From Mobula hypostoma (taxonomy: Eukaryota), in the NCBI RefSeq assembly GCF_963921235.1, contig NC_086097.1, forward strand, positions 97,838,001-97,902,000: a stretch of 64,000 nucleotides of DNA. The letters are read 5' to 3'. Position numbers and translations under genes: made by a program. A model generated the notes under the pieces. The model was not told the origin of the DNA. It searched no databases and was given only the letters and a program-made list of their open reading frames with translations. Below, piece by piece: positions 1-12,662 of the stretch; the first letter of the stretch is position 1, and each line of letters starts with the position of its first letter.

Positions 1-588
1 ACTGTATGGCCAGCACTATCACTACATCTGGCCACACAGTGAGCAGCAAAGATCACCACTTTAAACCCGCAAAATCAGCAACAACTTCAGCTTTCTAGCT
101 GCCTTGCCAGAACTGTGACAATTGAGAAACCATTGGCAAGATGCGAATATTTTGCAAGGATCTATTTCAGCAAGGATTTTTCTTTGTAGGAGTGGGATTT
201 CAGCAGCCATGCAAGGGTGGTTGGAGGGTGAGTGAGTGTTGGTGGACAGGGGAGAACTGGTGAACTGAGAAAGGCAGAAAAGGCATGCATTTCTACACGT
301 AATGTCAGCAGGTCTGGCAAATTTTCCAGACTACTGGATGTTTTTCTCCAACAAACTTCTAATTCATTTTTTTTCAGATATCACAAAGTAGAATAATAAA
401 TCTTCCAGGAGAATCCAGCAAGTGAACAGGAGCTCAGGAAGCTGGAAGCTGATGAAGCCTTGCTGAAATCATCGCAATTTCCAAACACTAGGATAGCAGA
501 TGGTGAGTTTAACTGCTCTGACCCTATCTGAGGCATTAAAAAAAGAATCAGATTAAAAGTGGTGACAAACTGTGAATTGAATCCATAC

Positions 589-757
589 CTGCAGTACATG
601 AAACAATTTAATAATCTGGGCAATGGCTTGGATGATCTCTGCATCTGGTAGCAAGTTGTTTGTGTTCGGTGTGACAATATCAAATGCACATTCTAAGAGT
701 TCTTTAGGGTGAGAGCGGTGCGGCCTTCGAGGTCTGAATACTCGTTCAATACAATAC
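589..757 (-). CDS. EIF2AK4: GCN2 exon, 169 nt, HisRS-like motif 2 region
   Basis: acaag|(R)YCIERVFRPRRPHRSHPKELLECAFDIVTPNTNNLLPDAEIIQAIAQIIKLFHVLQ|gtatgg; phase 2-0. Confidence 0.96.
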
Positions 758-883
758 CTTGTGATAAAGAAACAGATAAGATGGCCGATGGCATCAACAC
801 AAGAGGTTTCAAAACTAAATAAAATAACACACACAGTCTACATTTTATCATCAATGAGTATCATATAACCCAAGAAGGATTAG

Positions 884-2250
884 ACCATAAGACACAGGAG
901 CAGAATCAGGCCATTCAGCCCATCAAGTCTGCTCTGCCATTACATCATGGCTGATCCACTTCCCTCTCAACCTCATTCTCCTGCCTTCTCCCCAGAATCT
1001 CTCACGCTGTGACTAACCAAGAACCTATCAACCTCTGCCTTAAATGCACCCAATGACCTGGCCTCCACAGACACTCGTGGCAACCAATTCCACAGATTCA
1101 CCACCATCTAAGTAAAGAAATTCCTCATCTCCGTTCAGAATCAGAATCAGGTTTAATAACACTGGCATATGTTGTGAAATTTGTTAACTTTCCAACTGGA
1201 CGACCCTCTATTTTGAGGCTGTGCCCTCTGGTCCTAGACTACCCCACCATAAAAAACATTCTCTTCACCTCCATTCTATCTAGACCTTTCAACATTCGAT
1301 ATGTTTCAGTGAGATTCCCCCCTCATTCTTCTAAATTCCAGCGAGTACAGGCTCACAGCCTTCTATCGCTGCTCATGTGATAACCCTTTCATTCTCATGA
1401 ACCTCCTCTGAACCCTCTCCATTCTCAGCACATCTTCCCTTAGACAAGGGGCCCAAAACTCCTCACAATACTCCAAGTGAGGCCTCACCAGTGCCTTATA
1501 AAGCTCCAGCATTACATCCTTGCTTTTATATTCCAGTCCTCTTAAAATGAATGTTGACACTGCATTCACCTTCCTCACCACTGATTCAACCTGCAAATTA
1601 CCCTTCAGGGAATTCTGCACAAGGAATCAAAAATTGCTTTGATTTTTTTTAAAACTTTTCTCCCCATTTAGAAAATAGTCTATGCTTTTATTTCTTTTAC
1701 CAAAGTGCATGATCATACACTTCCTGACACTGTATTCCACCTGCCAATGCTTTGCCCGTTCTCATAATCTGTCCAAGTCCTTCAGCAGCTTCTCTGCTTC
1801 CTCAGCACAACCTGCCCCTCCACCTATCTTCATATCATCCACAAACCTGGCCACAAAGCCATCAATTTCATCATACATTGTTGTTCTTTTCCACACCTTG
1901 TGGCATTAGGTGGCATTTTTGCCCTTTCTGTAGCATTTGACTTTTTTTTTTAAAAAGAGGCCGAGTTGCTAGCTTGACACTCAACACAGAAGGAAAGTGT
2001 ACGAGCAGCCGGCTGAATTCAAACTCAGGACCATTGGCCTTGAAGTCCAGTGCTGATGCTAAGACAACACCAAACAGCCACATCATACATATTGTTTACA
2101 TACAACATAAAAAGAAGTCCCAACACAGACCCCTGTCTGAAAAGGATCCCTTTCTTCCCACTCTTTGCCTCCTACGAATCAGCCAATGCTCTATCCATGC
2201 TAGTATGTTTCTTGTCATACACTGGGCTCTTATTTTGTTTAGCAGTCTCA
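884..2250 (-). mobile_element. Decayed CR1 LINE 3' fragment, interrupted by a SINE
   Basis: ORF 1363-1620 has LYKALVRPHLEYC, typical of the CR1 ORF2 C-terminus; CR1 3' UTR at about 884-960; boundaries approximate. Confidence 0.85.
1879..2080 (-). mobile_element. tRNA-head SINE with 10-bp TSD
   Basis: CATCATACAT repeated at 1869-1878 and 2081-2090; A-box-like and B-box-like (GTTTGAATTC) motifs on the minus strand. Confidence 0.75.
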
Positions 2251-2254
2251 AACT

Positions 2255-2560
2255 GCTGAGTATCTCAGAAACTGCTGGTCTCCTGCGATTTTCACGCACA
2301 ACAGTCTCTAGAGTTGGTGCAAAAAACAAAAAATAACCTGCGAGCAGCAGTTCTGTGCGTGAAGATGCCTTGTTACTGAGAGAGGCCAGAGGAGAATGGC
2401 CAGAGTGGTTCAAGCTGACAAGAGATCACACATTACAACAGTGGTGTATAGAGGAGCATCTCTAAATGCACAACACATTGAACCTTGAAGTGGTTGAGCT
2501 ACAACACAGAAGATCACACCAGCTTTCCACTCATGTGGCCACTTTATTAGGTACACTCCT
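2255..2560 (+). mobile_element. Tc1-like DNA transposon fragment
   Basis: ISETAGLLRFSRTTVSRV HTH-like remnant; similar to 3340-3741; GTGGCCACTTTATTAGGTACAC terminal-type motif near 2535. Confidence 0.75.
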
Positions 2561-3339
2561 GCATCTAATAAAGAAGACACTGAGTGTACATCTAAATTTG
2601 CCAAGCATACTTAGTGAAGTAGAAAATGAGAGTAAATGTTTAACTAAAAGTAACTGAGGCAAAGGGATGTGTAAAGGACAACTTACTCTTCTTTACAAAG
2701 AGTTGCTGGACCAGGTGATTAAAAAGCAGTCCAACTAAAGTGTTTAAGCTGGGAGTTGATAACTGAACGAGGTAAAGGGCTGAAGAAGGAATCTGATAGG
2801 GGAGGAGAGGAGAGAGTGGAACGTGGGAGAAAGGAAAGATAGGCACCAGAGGGGGATGATGAGCAGGTGAGAAGAGAGGGGTAGGAGGGAACACAGAATG
2901 GAGAATGGGAAAAGAAAAGTTAGAGAAATGGATGTTCATCAATATTAAATCAATGTCCCGTTGTTCTGTCATGCTAATAAAATAATGCAGGGACTATTTT
3001 AAAGAGAAGCAGGGGAATTATTCCCAGTGCCCTGGTTAATATTTATCCCTCAACCAAGAGCAGGAAGATTATCATCTGCTCATTGCACTCTTTGCATAAC
3101 ACATGTAAACTGGGTGTCACATTTCAATGTTACAATGAATATATTTCATAACAACTTCTTTAGCTGTGAAGTGCTTTTAAATGTTTCGTGACCACAAACA
3201 TACCATAGGTTAAATTACTAATGGTATAACTTCAGGTCTGCTCACATGCAGCGCTGAGAGGGAGAACCAACTTGATCTCATTCACACCAACACATCTGCG
3301 GTACATATGGCAGCAGTAATCACTGAAAGATTTGCTGCA

Positions 3340-4546
3340 TACTCTCAGTGGTCACATTATCAGGAACACCTGCTCATTAATGCAAGTATCTAATCAGCCA
3401 ATCACGTGGCAGCAACTCAATGCATAAAAGCATGCAGACATGGTCAAGAGGTTCAGTTGTTGCTCAGACCAAACATCAGAATGGGGAAGAAATGTAATCT
3501 AAGTGACTGTGGCTGTGGAGTGATTGCTGGTGTCAGGCAAGGTGGTTTGAGTATCTCAGAAACTGCTGATTTTCACTCACCTCTAGAGTTTACAAGGAAT
3601 GGTGTGAAAAACAAAAAAAAAAAATCACCCAGTGAGTGTCAGTTCTGCGGGCATAAACACCTTATTAATGAGAGAGGTCAGGTGAGAAAAACCAGACTGG
3701 TTCAAGCTGACAGGAAGGTGACAGTAATTCAAGTAACCACATGTAGCCCCCGGTAAGCCTCAGGTTCGCTCAACTCGCTGTCATCTAGGGCAAGCAGCCT
3801 TCAGCCCCGCCAAACTGGGCAACTAAGTTTGTGTGGTTGCTGTGTGATGTACCCCACCCAGCCAAATAACAGACAATACACCATATACCAGTAAATGATT
3901 ACAATTTATAGGTATTACTGGAACTATGTAATTAATAGAGATAAAATATAAAAAGAAAGTAAAAGGCGCCAAACTTATCAAAGTTCAACCTCTTCATGTA
4001 CAAACAGTTGGAGCTCTAGTAATGATCCTCATTTCACCATTCGATCCCCTCTGACCACCTCGACCCGCCGCCTAGGACCAACCAGAGTGGTCAACCAGAC
4101 GCTCCACATGAGTCTGTCTTCATCTCCTCTCTTCGCCGAAGACCCTGGACCTCGGGACTCCGGCTCGGGATCCGTCCCATCGGCCCGCTCACAGCATTGC
4201 ATCCACTCTCTCTCTCTCCCCATCATGCCTTCTGCCCAAAAACCCGCGCATCACAATAGCTTACAGACACACAAGAAAGATTAACACCTATCCCAATTGG
4301 TTAACAAATGGATACAATCCTCCTTATCAGTAATATAACCCAAACAAGCTGCTAGAAAGAGAACCACTGTCTCAGCAGTTAATATCACATAGAAGCCATT
4401 TTAATTATAACATAACAAAGAAGCCATTTTAATTAACCTACGCAGTAACATAAAAGAAGAAACCCCTTACACACATATTACAACAGTGGTGTGTAGAAGA
4501 GCATCTCTGAATGCACAACATGTCAAACCTTGAAGTGCATGGGCTA
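3340..4546 (+). mobile_element. Tc1-like transposon 5' fragment split by a solo LTR
   Basis: MGKKCNLSD...GLSISETAD...LVQADRKVTVIQVTT N-terminal transposase remnant; resumes after 4471. Confidence 0.8.
3742..4471 (-). mobile_element. Solo LTR, 730 bp (Gypsy/ERV-like)
   Basis: TG...CA termini (TGTAAGGGG...GGGGGCTACA on minus); 4-bp TSD CACA at 3738-3741 and 4472-4475; flanks rejoin as continuous Tc1 sequence. Confidence 0.8.
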
Positions 4547-4804
4547 GAGTCATACTTGAAGTACAAAGGGTTGCTGTGTTTTCAGGAGACCAGTACTTGC
4601 CCCACAAGCATCACCACCCAGTAATGACAGGCAACAGGGAGAGCAGTCAACTTTGCCTTTCTGCAACCCAAATGTTAAGAGGCTCGTCAGTCACCAAGGT
4701 CATCCAATTCTGCCCAAAATGTGAGACTGACATGGTCTTCAAATTTCAGGCAAGCAAATAACCCCCAACACATTCAAGCTGCTGCAGTAGCCTCTTCCAC
4801 TCAC

Positions 4805-4854
4805 CTTTTTAAATTGGTGATGCGGTTTCTTACCACAAATCTCGCAAATGGCAC
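4805..4854 (-). CDS. EIF2AK4: GCN2 exon, 50 nt, HisRS-like domain
   Basis: gtttag|VPFARFVVRNRITNLK(R)|gtgagt; phase 0-2. Confidence 0.95.
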
Positions 4855-5059
4855 CTAAACAAAAGTAAGAAAAAACATATGCACATATAACCAATTCTTT
4901 GGGTAACTAGTTTTCGGTTATAATTAAACATTATTAAAGTAACATTTTCAAAAGTTTCTTTATATGAACAAATCTGCTATTTCATGGCCAAAGTAATTGC
5001 CGATCTCTGCTAGAAGGCATCTATTAACTCAAATTAATAGATTTGGTTTATTCATAAGA

Positions 5060-5980
5060 TCAGGGAAACTTGGCAGAATTGGCTTGCCCACAGAAGGAAG
5101 AGGGTGGTTGTAGAATTTCATAAATGACTTAGAAGAGGGAGTGTAACGGTGGGTTAACAAATTTGCAGATGAGATGAAGGCTGCTGGAACTACAGACAGT
5201 GTAAAAGGCTGTCACAGGTTGCAACAGGACACTGACCTGATGTTCTACCCAAAAAAGTCTGAAGTGATTCACTTTGGAAAGTTGAATTTTAAGGCAGAAT
5301 ACAGAGTTAATGGTAGGATTCTTGACAGTGTGGAAGAACAGAGAGATCTTGGGGTCCACATCCATAGATTGGGGGTCGTTAAGAAGCCACGTGGTCTGTT
5401 GGCCTTCATTATATAGGGGATTGAGTTCAAGAGCTACAAGGTGTAAAACTTGGTTAGTCCACACTTGGAATACTGTGTTCTGTTCTGGTCACTTCATTTC
5501 AGGAAGAATGTGGAAGCTTTAGAGAGGGTGCAGAGATTTGCTATGACTCTGCCTGGATTGGAGAGCATGTCTTATGAGGACGGGTTGAGCAGGCTAGGGC
5601 TTTCCTCTCTGGAGCGAAGGGGCATAAGAGGTGGCTTGATGGAGGTGTACAAGATGATAAGAGGCATAGATTGAGCAGCGAGCCGGAGACTTTTTTCCAA
5701 GGCAGAAATGGCTACCATGAGGGGGCTTAATTTTAGAGTGATTGAAGGAAAGTATACAGTAGCTGTCAGAAGCAACTTTTTTGACACAGAGTGGTGGGTG
5801 CGTGGAACATCCTGCCAGGTGAGGCAGCAGAGATGGGATACTCATCAATAGAGACATGGATGACAGAAAAATAAAGGGCTATGTAGGACCAAAAGGTTAG
5901 ATTGATCTTATCGTAGGTCAAAAGGTCAGCACAAATAATGGGCCAAAGGGCCAAACTGTGCCATAATGTTGTATGCTCTT
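5060..5980 (+). mobile_element. Decayed CR1 3' fragment
   Basis: VSPHLEYCVLFWS...ALERVQR and CR1-type 3' UTR; boundaries approximate. Confidence 0.85.
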
Positions 5981-5994
5981 AAAAATAAACTAAC

Positions 5995-6170
5995 GGTGCT
6001 GGAAATCTGAAATAATAAAGAAAGAAAATTCTGGGAACATTCAGCAGTCAGGCAGCATCAGTAGAAAGAGAAACTCTTCCTCTTAGAACTGAAGAAAGGT
6101 CTCTGACCTGAACTCTGTTTCACCTTCCACAGATGCTGCCTGACCTGAGTCTTTTCAGCATTTTTGTTTT
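5995..6170. repeat. Palindromic Penelope-terminus-derived short element
   Basis: cagtcaggcagcatc...gatgctgcctgacctg inverted arms around a degenerate CTGAAGA hammerhead core. Confidence 0.6.
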
Positions 6171-6326
6171 TAAAACATCTTTTCAATTTTATTTCTCTAA
6201 TTAAGAAGAGTTATAATTACCTCATGGACAGAATACACAAGGGAATAAAGTGATCACAGCCAATAACCACAGACATTCCACATGGGACACACCAATGCAT
6301 GTGGTCAATATTATCACACGACTTAC

Positions 6327-6448
6327 CCTAAGGTTAAGGGGAAGCATGACCAACATTCCACTATGGTCCATGAAGTGAACTCCTTCACTACTCTCATACA
6401 ATTTTTTGTTCTTTGGCATAATTAGTGGTGTGTTCACATAAGTGGCAC
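6327..6448 (-). CDS. EIF2AK4: GCN2 exon, 122 nt, HisRS-like domain
   Basis: ttacag|(G)ATYVNTPLIMPKNKKLYESSEGVHFMDHSGMLVMLPLNLR|gtaagt; phase 1-0. Confidence 0.96.
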
Positions 6449-6946
6449 CTGTAAAAAGAATTCAGATGTTCATACAAAGCTAATACTTCCGGTCACTCAT
6501 GGACATTGTCAGACAGTGGAGTCAGGTGGTCTCGAAGTTTGGGTCATTCGTGGGTTGAGCTGGGTAACAGTACCGAGATTCAAACAGCATAAGAAGAGGC
6601 CATTCGTGTCATCATCCTTGTGATAGCACTTTAGTAGTGCCATTAATCCCACTATCTCACCTTCGCATCGTCTTGTAAGTTTACTTTCTACAGGTATTTA
6701 TGTAATGCTCTTCTTAACCATACAACCGAACAAGCAATATGTTCACTGATTCTTCTGGGAAAAAATGTTTCTTCTCCAAATAATTATCTTTAATCTGTGT
6801 GTTCTGATTATTGATCCTCTTTCAATATCGCCATTGACTCATAAACACTAGTAATAACTTAAAAACCTGTAAAAATTAATCTTCTAAGCTCAAAGGAGAA
6901 ACCCCCAGTTTACTGATTTCACCTCCATTCCTGTAACAATACCAAC

Positions 6947-7335
6947 TGTGGCACAACAGATACAGCTGCAGCATCAAAGCACCCGAGACCCAGGTTCAAT
7001 CCTGACCTCAGTGCTGTCTAGGTGGAGTGTGCATGCTATCCCCATGGGTTGCCTCCAGATGCTCCATTTTCCTCCCTTATCCCAGAGATGTGCAGATTGG
7101 CTGCTAGAAAATCCCCTTAGTGCACTTACAGACCCCTCAGTTAACGGCAGGGCTCAACGGTATAAAAGAGGATGGGAACCCCTGCCCCCATGTGTGGGTG
7201 AATGCCTGCTCGAAGAGGAGCTGAAGAGAATGTGGGGAGAATTTTTTTTAAATGGCTTGTCGTAAGAAGAGAGCAAAATGGGTGGCGATGACTGTACAGA
7301 CTCAATGGCTGAAGGGCCTGATTCTGTGCTGTATC
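6947..7335 (+). mobile_element. tRNA-derived V-SINE-like element
   Basis: B-box GGTTCAATCC followed by gtggagtgtgca core and CR1-like tail; related copies at about 16125-16405 and 39750-40030. Confidence 0.65.
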
Positions 7336-7531
7336 TGAATACCCTGGCCTAGATCCAGCAAGTCTAATTAGTTTCAATTTTATCAGCACCTCGTCTACAG
7401 TGCTTCATTATTTACTGTTTAATTTTGTTCATCAGCTTTCCAAATTCTTTTCCCTTTCCCTCAAAATTACTCAGGTTTTTTTTTTATCATACTTGTGCCT
7501 TTCTCAATTACATTATCATCACTATGATGAT

Positions 7532-8012
7532 ATGGGGTGTATGGGGTGTGCAGGGAGGGGTGGCACCTCTGGTGAAGGGGCTTACCGTGTCCATTCTGGG
7601 GCAGCTCATTCACCTTCAGTCCCCACCGGATACCCGTGGCTCCAAGTAGCTGTTGGCAGGTGACAGCAGCCACTCCGCGGTACACCACTTTGACAGGCCG
7701 GCGAATCTAGGTGAGGGACCCCAGTGAGATAGGGACATGCATGTCCTAGCATGCAAAGTCAGCTCTGGTGGATCTACAGTGAGAGCCAATGGCCAGAAAG
7801 GTGGTTCTGCAACGCTCCATGGAGAACGAAGACCATGATAAGGCACTGAAGATATCATGGTCATCCACTGCAACCAAGGAAGACCCCAGTTTGTGACGAT
7901 CGTTTGTACCACAGGAGCCGGACCTCTCAGGTTGAGCGCATGGAGCTGCCCCAGTGTTAACAGCTTTGCCACTCAGGTCTCGTGTTATTGTCGGACATGA
8001 CAGACAACACCA
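7532..8012 (+). mobile_element. Non-autonomous element sharing the 5' end of the RTE at 13186
   Basis: ggggtgt..gggagggg..gcacctct..gtggctcc..tttgacaggccg..ggtgaggg is colinear with 13192-13400. Confidence 0.6.
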
Positions 8013-8569
8013 CTAACATCACTATTGCATGGGAGTCCTTAAGTTATTTCTTTATCTATTCTGATCCTTGTTCTGGCTTTTACCGGGCTGATTATACATA
8101 ACGATTGCTGGCACACTATAAACCTTGCCCTTTTCTTTCCTCTTTTTGGCAGGTTATGTGGGAATAGTTGAATCACTGAAATCAAAATATACAACACAAG
8201 CCCATTTGTATCTGGCTGACAGAGCTATCTATCCTAAACCCACCTTTCAGCAATACTCCAGCAGTCAGAGCACTTTGTAACCATTGACAGATTCTGTTTC
8301 CATCTCCTTTTCAGACAGACCACTCTTCTATCAAACACCTTAAATCTGCGTCCCCGACTTTTTCAACCTCTGTTAGGAGCAACAGGGCTTCCTACTTGTT
8401 CTATCTAGGAAGCCTACACTGAGACATGCAGCTTGTCTCCCTCAGTCGCCGCTGTTTCAGAACTAAAAGACTGTCTAGTTTATTTTATCTTTGTCAAACT
8501 GCAGATAGAAGTTTCCTGGCCATGTTCTCAGAAATCTCCTCTGCAAAGACAGAGATGAGGCAGGAAATT

Positions 8570-9790
8570 CTGCCTCACAAATCTGATTCAGTTTTTTGAA
8601 GAGCTAATGAAATTTGATGAAGGCAGGGCAGAATATGTGGCCCACATGAACTTCAGCAAGGCCTTTGACAAGGTCCATGAGATGGGCTACTCCAGAACAT
8701 TAGATTACATGAGGTACAGAGTACCTTCTGTGGAAAGAGGCAGAAGGTGGGAATGGATTAGAGGTCTATAACCAGTGGTGTTCTGATGAAGGGTCTTGGC
8801 CCAAATTGTCGACTGTTTACTCTTTTCCATAGATGCTGCCTGGCCTGCTGAGTTCCTCCAGCATTTTGTGTGTCGGGCTTTTGATTTCCAGTATCTGCAG
8901 ATTTTCTTGTTTGTGGTGTACTGCAGGGATCAGTACTGGGTCTTCTGTTGTTTGTCATCTATATTGATTAATGATTTGAATGACAATGGTGCCAACATGG
9001 TTTGTAAATCTGCAGATGACAGAAGAGGCGTGTGGACAGTCAAGGAGCTTGTCTAAGGTTACAACAGAATGCTGATGAACTGGGGAAGTGGGCCAAGGAA
9101 TGTCAGATGGAATTTAATTTGGACAAGCGCGAGGTGTTGCATTTTAACAGTTAAATCAGAAAAGGACTTGTACAGTAAATGTTAGGGTCCTAGCAAGTGT
9201 TATGAAACAGAGAGAATGAGGCCAGAGGTACTTAGCTCCCTGAAAGAGGCAATACAGACAGGGTGGTGAAGAATGCTTCAGACACACTTGCCTTATCAGT
9301 CAGGGCAAAGAATACAGTAATTGGAACACCTTGTTGCAAACGTACAACTCACTGGTGAGTCCACTCGAGCAGCATTGTGTGTCACTCTCGCTCCCAGCTA
9401 TAAGAAGGATGCTATTAAGCTAGAAAAGATGTTGAGAATATTTACAAGATGTTATCAGAACTGGAGGGCTTGAGTTATAAGGAGAGGTTGGATAGGCTAG
9501 AACTTTTCTCCCTGGAGAATAAAAGGCTGGCGGGTGACCTTATAGAGGGTTATAAAAAGTGGGTGATCAGTCTTTTTCCCAGGGTAGGTGCATCTAAAAC
9601 AAGATGACAGAGATTTAAGGTAAAGGGGAAAGATTTAAAAGGGACCCAAGGGTGGTGAGTATATTTAAGCAACACACAGAAAATGCTGGAGGATCTGCAG
9701 ATTCTCTCGTCTTTATGCCATTACAATATTTAAAAACATTTGGACAGGTAAGAGATGGATATGGACATTGGGCTGTATGACTCTATGATT
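8570..9790 (+). mobile_element. Decayed CR1 RT/3' fragment
   Basis: NFSKAFDKV and KSADD remnants; interrupted by short Penelope-derived pieces. Confidence 0.8.
8782..8912 (+). mobile_element. Short Penelope 3'-terminal insertion with degenerate hammerhead
   Basis: ctgatgaagggtcttggccc..tgtcgactg...gatgctgcctggcctgctgagttcctccagc; 7-bp TSD GTGGTGT at 8775-8781 and 8913-8919. Confidence 0.75.
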
Positions 9791-10034
9791 TTATGTAATT
9801 GAAGCAAGATTGGATGCAGGAAAGAGAAGGATCCACATCATCCTGAAGTTTTACCTTGTATTCTATTCAGAGCCGAGGACTGTCTGGAAACAGAACACGC
9901 AAACGTCTGATGGAGCTTGAAACACTTTGAAGTAAAGCAAGCAGGCTAACGTGACAGGGGCTCACGCGGGCAAGTGACACGTGGTGTGGTTTGAGCAGTC
10001 GATATGGACAAGGTCGTCACAATGTATTACTCAC

Positions 10035-10110
10035 CGTGCCTTTTGAACATTCGGCACACCGTCTCCCGCACAAACTCCTGCACCATGCTATGCTGAACTG
10101 AGAAATTGTT
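10035..10110 (-). CDS. EIF2AK4: GCN2 exon, 76 nt, start of HisRS-like domain
   Basis: tttcag|NNFSVQHSMVQEFVRETVCRMFKRH+G|gtgagt; phase 0-1. Confidence 0.95.
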
Positions 10111-10934
10111 CTGAAAACAGAAAATTATTTACATTTTTGAACAGAACAGACTAAATTACAATCTGAACTACGTTCATCATGGGCTCTTCAGAACAAAGAG
10201 ATTAAAGCACTAAAATAAAAGTTTTCCTTTGCCACCAGCACTACGTCACCACAAGATACACAAATTGGGTGGGGCCCATCATCATTTTAGAACTGACTCC
10301 GCTATGTGAAGTTGGTTTCAAAGTGCAATGCAGAGGCAGGGATGAGGCTGCAGGTTGGTCTTAAGGGAAGGACTAGGATGAGGAAAATTATTCATTGATT
10401 ACCGAGGCCACACTCAATCAGAGAGAGAACAGGGAGTGCAGTGGGGAGAACTCAGGAACCAAGGCACACAGGCTCTGGATTTCTTCCCCTCATCTTCACC
10501 CACCTATTTTCATCAACTCTAGTGATGAGGACTCATCACAACAGATCATGCCATCTTTGCATTCTCCATTTAGCAAGTAAAGTCACTGCACTGTTGATTA
10601 TACAGGATTTTGTGTATCATTGGCCGGATTCAGGCAGAATTCTAACGCTGAATCAATCAACTAGACTGTGGTAAAAGCACAACATAAACGATATTGCATT
10701 CCAGCAGTGACCACACTGACTTGTGTTGAGCACTGGCTGGCGAGCACTATACACACCTCATCAATTACATTTTAGTATTACACCCAAATCAACACACAGA
10801 ATATGACAAAGAATGTAAATGGTTCACTGAAGTTAGAAGCCTCTCATGTTTCAAATAATCACCACTGTGTTGTTCTACTTTGTACTTTCTGCAAAAGAAG
10901 GTGAATAAACTTGGTGCATTCCTAACACCAAAAG

Positions 10935-11340
10935 AATAAAGAGCAGAATTGGCCATTCTGCCCATCAGGGCTGTTCCACCATCCAGTCACGACAGATTTA
11001 CCTTTCTCAACTCCATTCTCCTGCCTCATCGCCATAATCCTTAACCTCCTTACCGATCAAGAACCCATCAGACACTGGTTTAATACATCCAATGACTTGG
11101 ACTCCACAGCCCTCTGTGGTGTGAATTCCACAGATTCACCACCCTCTGGAAGAATAAACAACTCCCTAAAGGAATGTCCCCTTATTCTGAGGTTGTACCC
11201 TTGGATCCTCTCTGCATCCACTCTATCCAACTCTTTCACAGTCTGGTAAGTTTCAATGAGATTGTCCCTCATCTTTGTTAACTCCGTCAAGCGCAGGCCC
11301 AGAGCCATCATACATTAAGCCTTTCATTTTGGGGATCATT
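10935..11340 (-). mobile_element. CR1 3' end remnant
   Basis: MRDNLIETYQ..LDRVDAE..GYNLRIRG and CR1 3' UTR. Confidence 0.75.
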
Positions 11341-11822
11341 CACTGTCTTTATACTTCAGTGCTCATACTACATTGCTACAAGCTAATCTTGATCTTATTC
11401 CTATTGTCCAGATATTTTTCTCCTCCTCTTCATTTCCGTGACAGTCCAAATCCTGAATAGCCATGTGTCTGCCCTTAAAGAACTCTGCCTGAAGATTTCT
11501 AAAATCTTTGCAAAGGTGTGGGAATTTGAACAAAAATTTTCTCAGCTTATTCATAAATCAATTAAGAAGGCAGTGATATGTCCTGGCTTCCTAGACTGGA
11601 GCTGCACCGGGGACAACCATTTGAACAATTTCTTTTCAGAGAAAGCCAATGAATGATCAATGTTAACAGTCAGGAATATTTTATTCATGAAGTTCTGATG
11701 CCGACATTTCTGTAAGAGCTACAGATCTTTTCGACCTGTTTGGTGAGGAATTAAAACAGCAGAGTGCAGACATGTTCAACTGCACTATGTCAAGTTTTGT
11801 TTATTCTTCCCCTTTCCCAAAC

Positions 11823-12613
11823 ACTCCAGTACCCCATTCCCCAAGCAATCCTCTGCACGCCATTCCCCCAAACAATCCCCAGCACCCCATTCCCCCAACC
11901 AATCCCCAGTACCCCATTCCCCCAGCAATTCCCTGCACCCCATTCCCCCAAACAATCCCCAGCACCCCATTCCCCCAACCAATCCCCAGTACCCCATTCC
12001 AACAATCCCCTGCACCCCATTCCCCCAAACAATCCCCAGCACCCCATTCCCCCAAACAATCCCCAGCACCCCATTCCAACAATCCCCTGCACCCCATTCC
12101 CCCAAACAATCCCCAGCACCCCATTCCCCCAACCAATCCCCAGTACCCCATTCCTCCAGCAATCCCCAGTACCCCATTCCCCCAACAATCCCCAGCACCC
12201 CATTCCCCCAACCAATCCCCAGTACCCTATTCCCCCAGCAATTCCCTGCACCCCATTCTCCCAAACAATCCCCAGCACCCCATTTGCCCAAACAATCCCC
12301 AGCACCCCATTCGCCCAACCAATCCCCAGTACCCCATTTCCCCAGCAATTCCCTGCACCCCATTCCCCCAACCAATCCCCAGTACTCCATTCCCCCAGCA
12401 ATTCCCTGCACCCCATTCCCCTCAAACAATCCCCAGCACCCCATTCGCCCAAGCAATCCCCAGTACCCCATTCCCCCAAGCAATATCCAGTACCCCATTC
12501 CAACAATCCCCTGCACACCATTCCCCCAAGCAATCCCCAGTACCCCATTCCCCCAAGCAATCCCGAGCATCCCATACCCTCCAGCACCCCATTCCCCCCA
12601 GCAATCCCCAGTA
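11823..12613. repeat. C-rich/G-rich minisatellite, 23-27 bp units (CCCCATTCCCCCAAACAATCCCCAGCA variants), about 30 copies
   Basis: Directly visible; it explains the long low-complexity ORFs in several frames. Confidence 0.97.
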
Positions 12614-12662
12614 CGTTGAAGTCGTCCCGTGAAGGATGTGCTTGACAGCATCTGTTCCCTAC

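Noticed and set aside
11823..12613. Possible CRISPR array (also the 48-bp and 96-bp repeats)
   Set aside because: Units are contiguous with no unique spacers, there are no cas genes, and the context is a vertebrate intron
11764..12651. Long Pro/Gln-rich (gliadin-like) and Gly/Trp-rich ORFs in many frames
   Set aside because: They are artefacts of a stop-poor minisatellite; unit lengths of 23/26/27 shift frames
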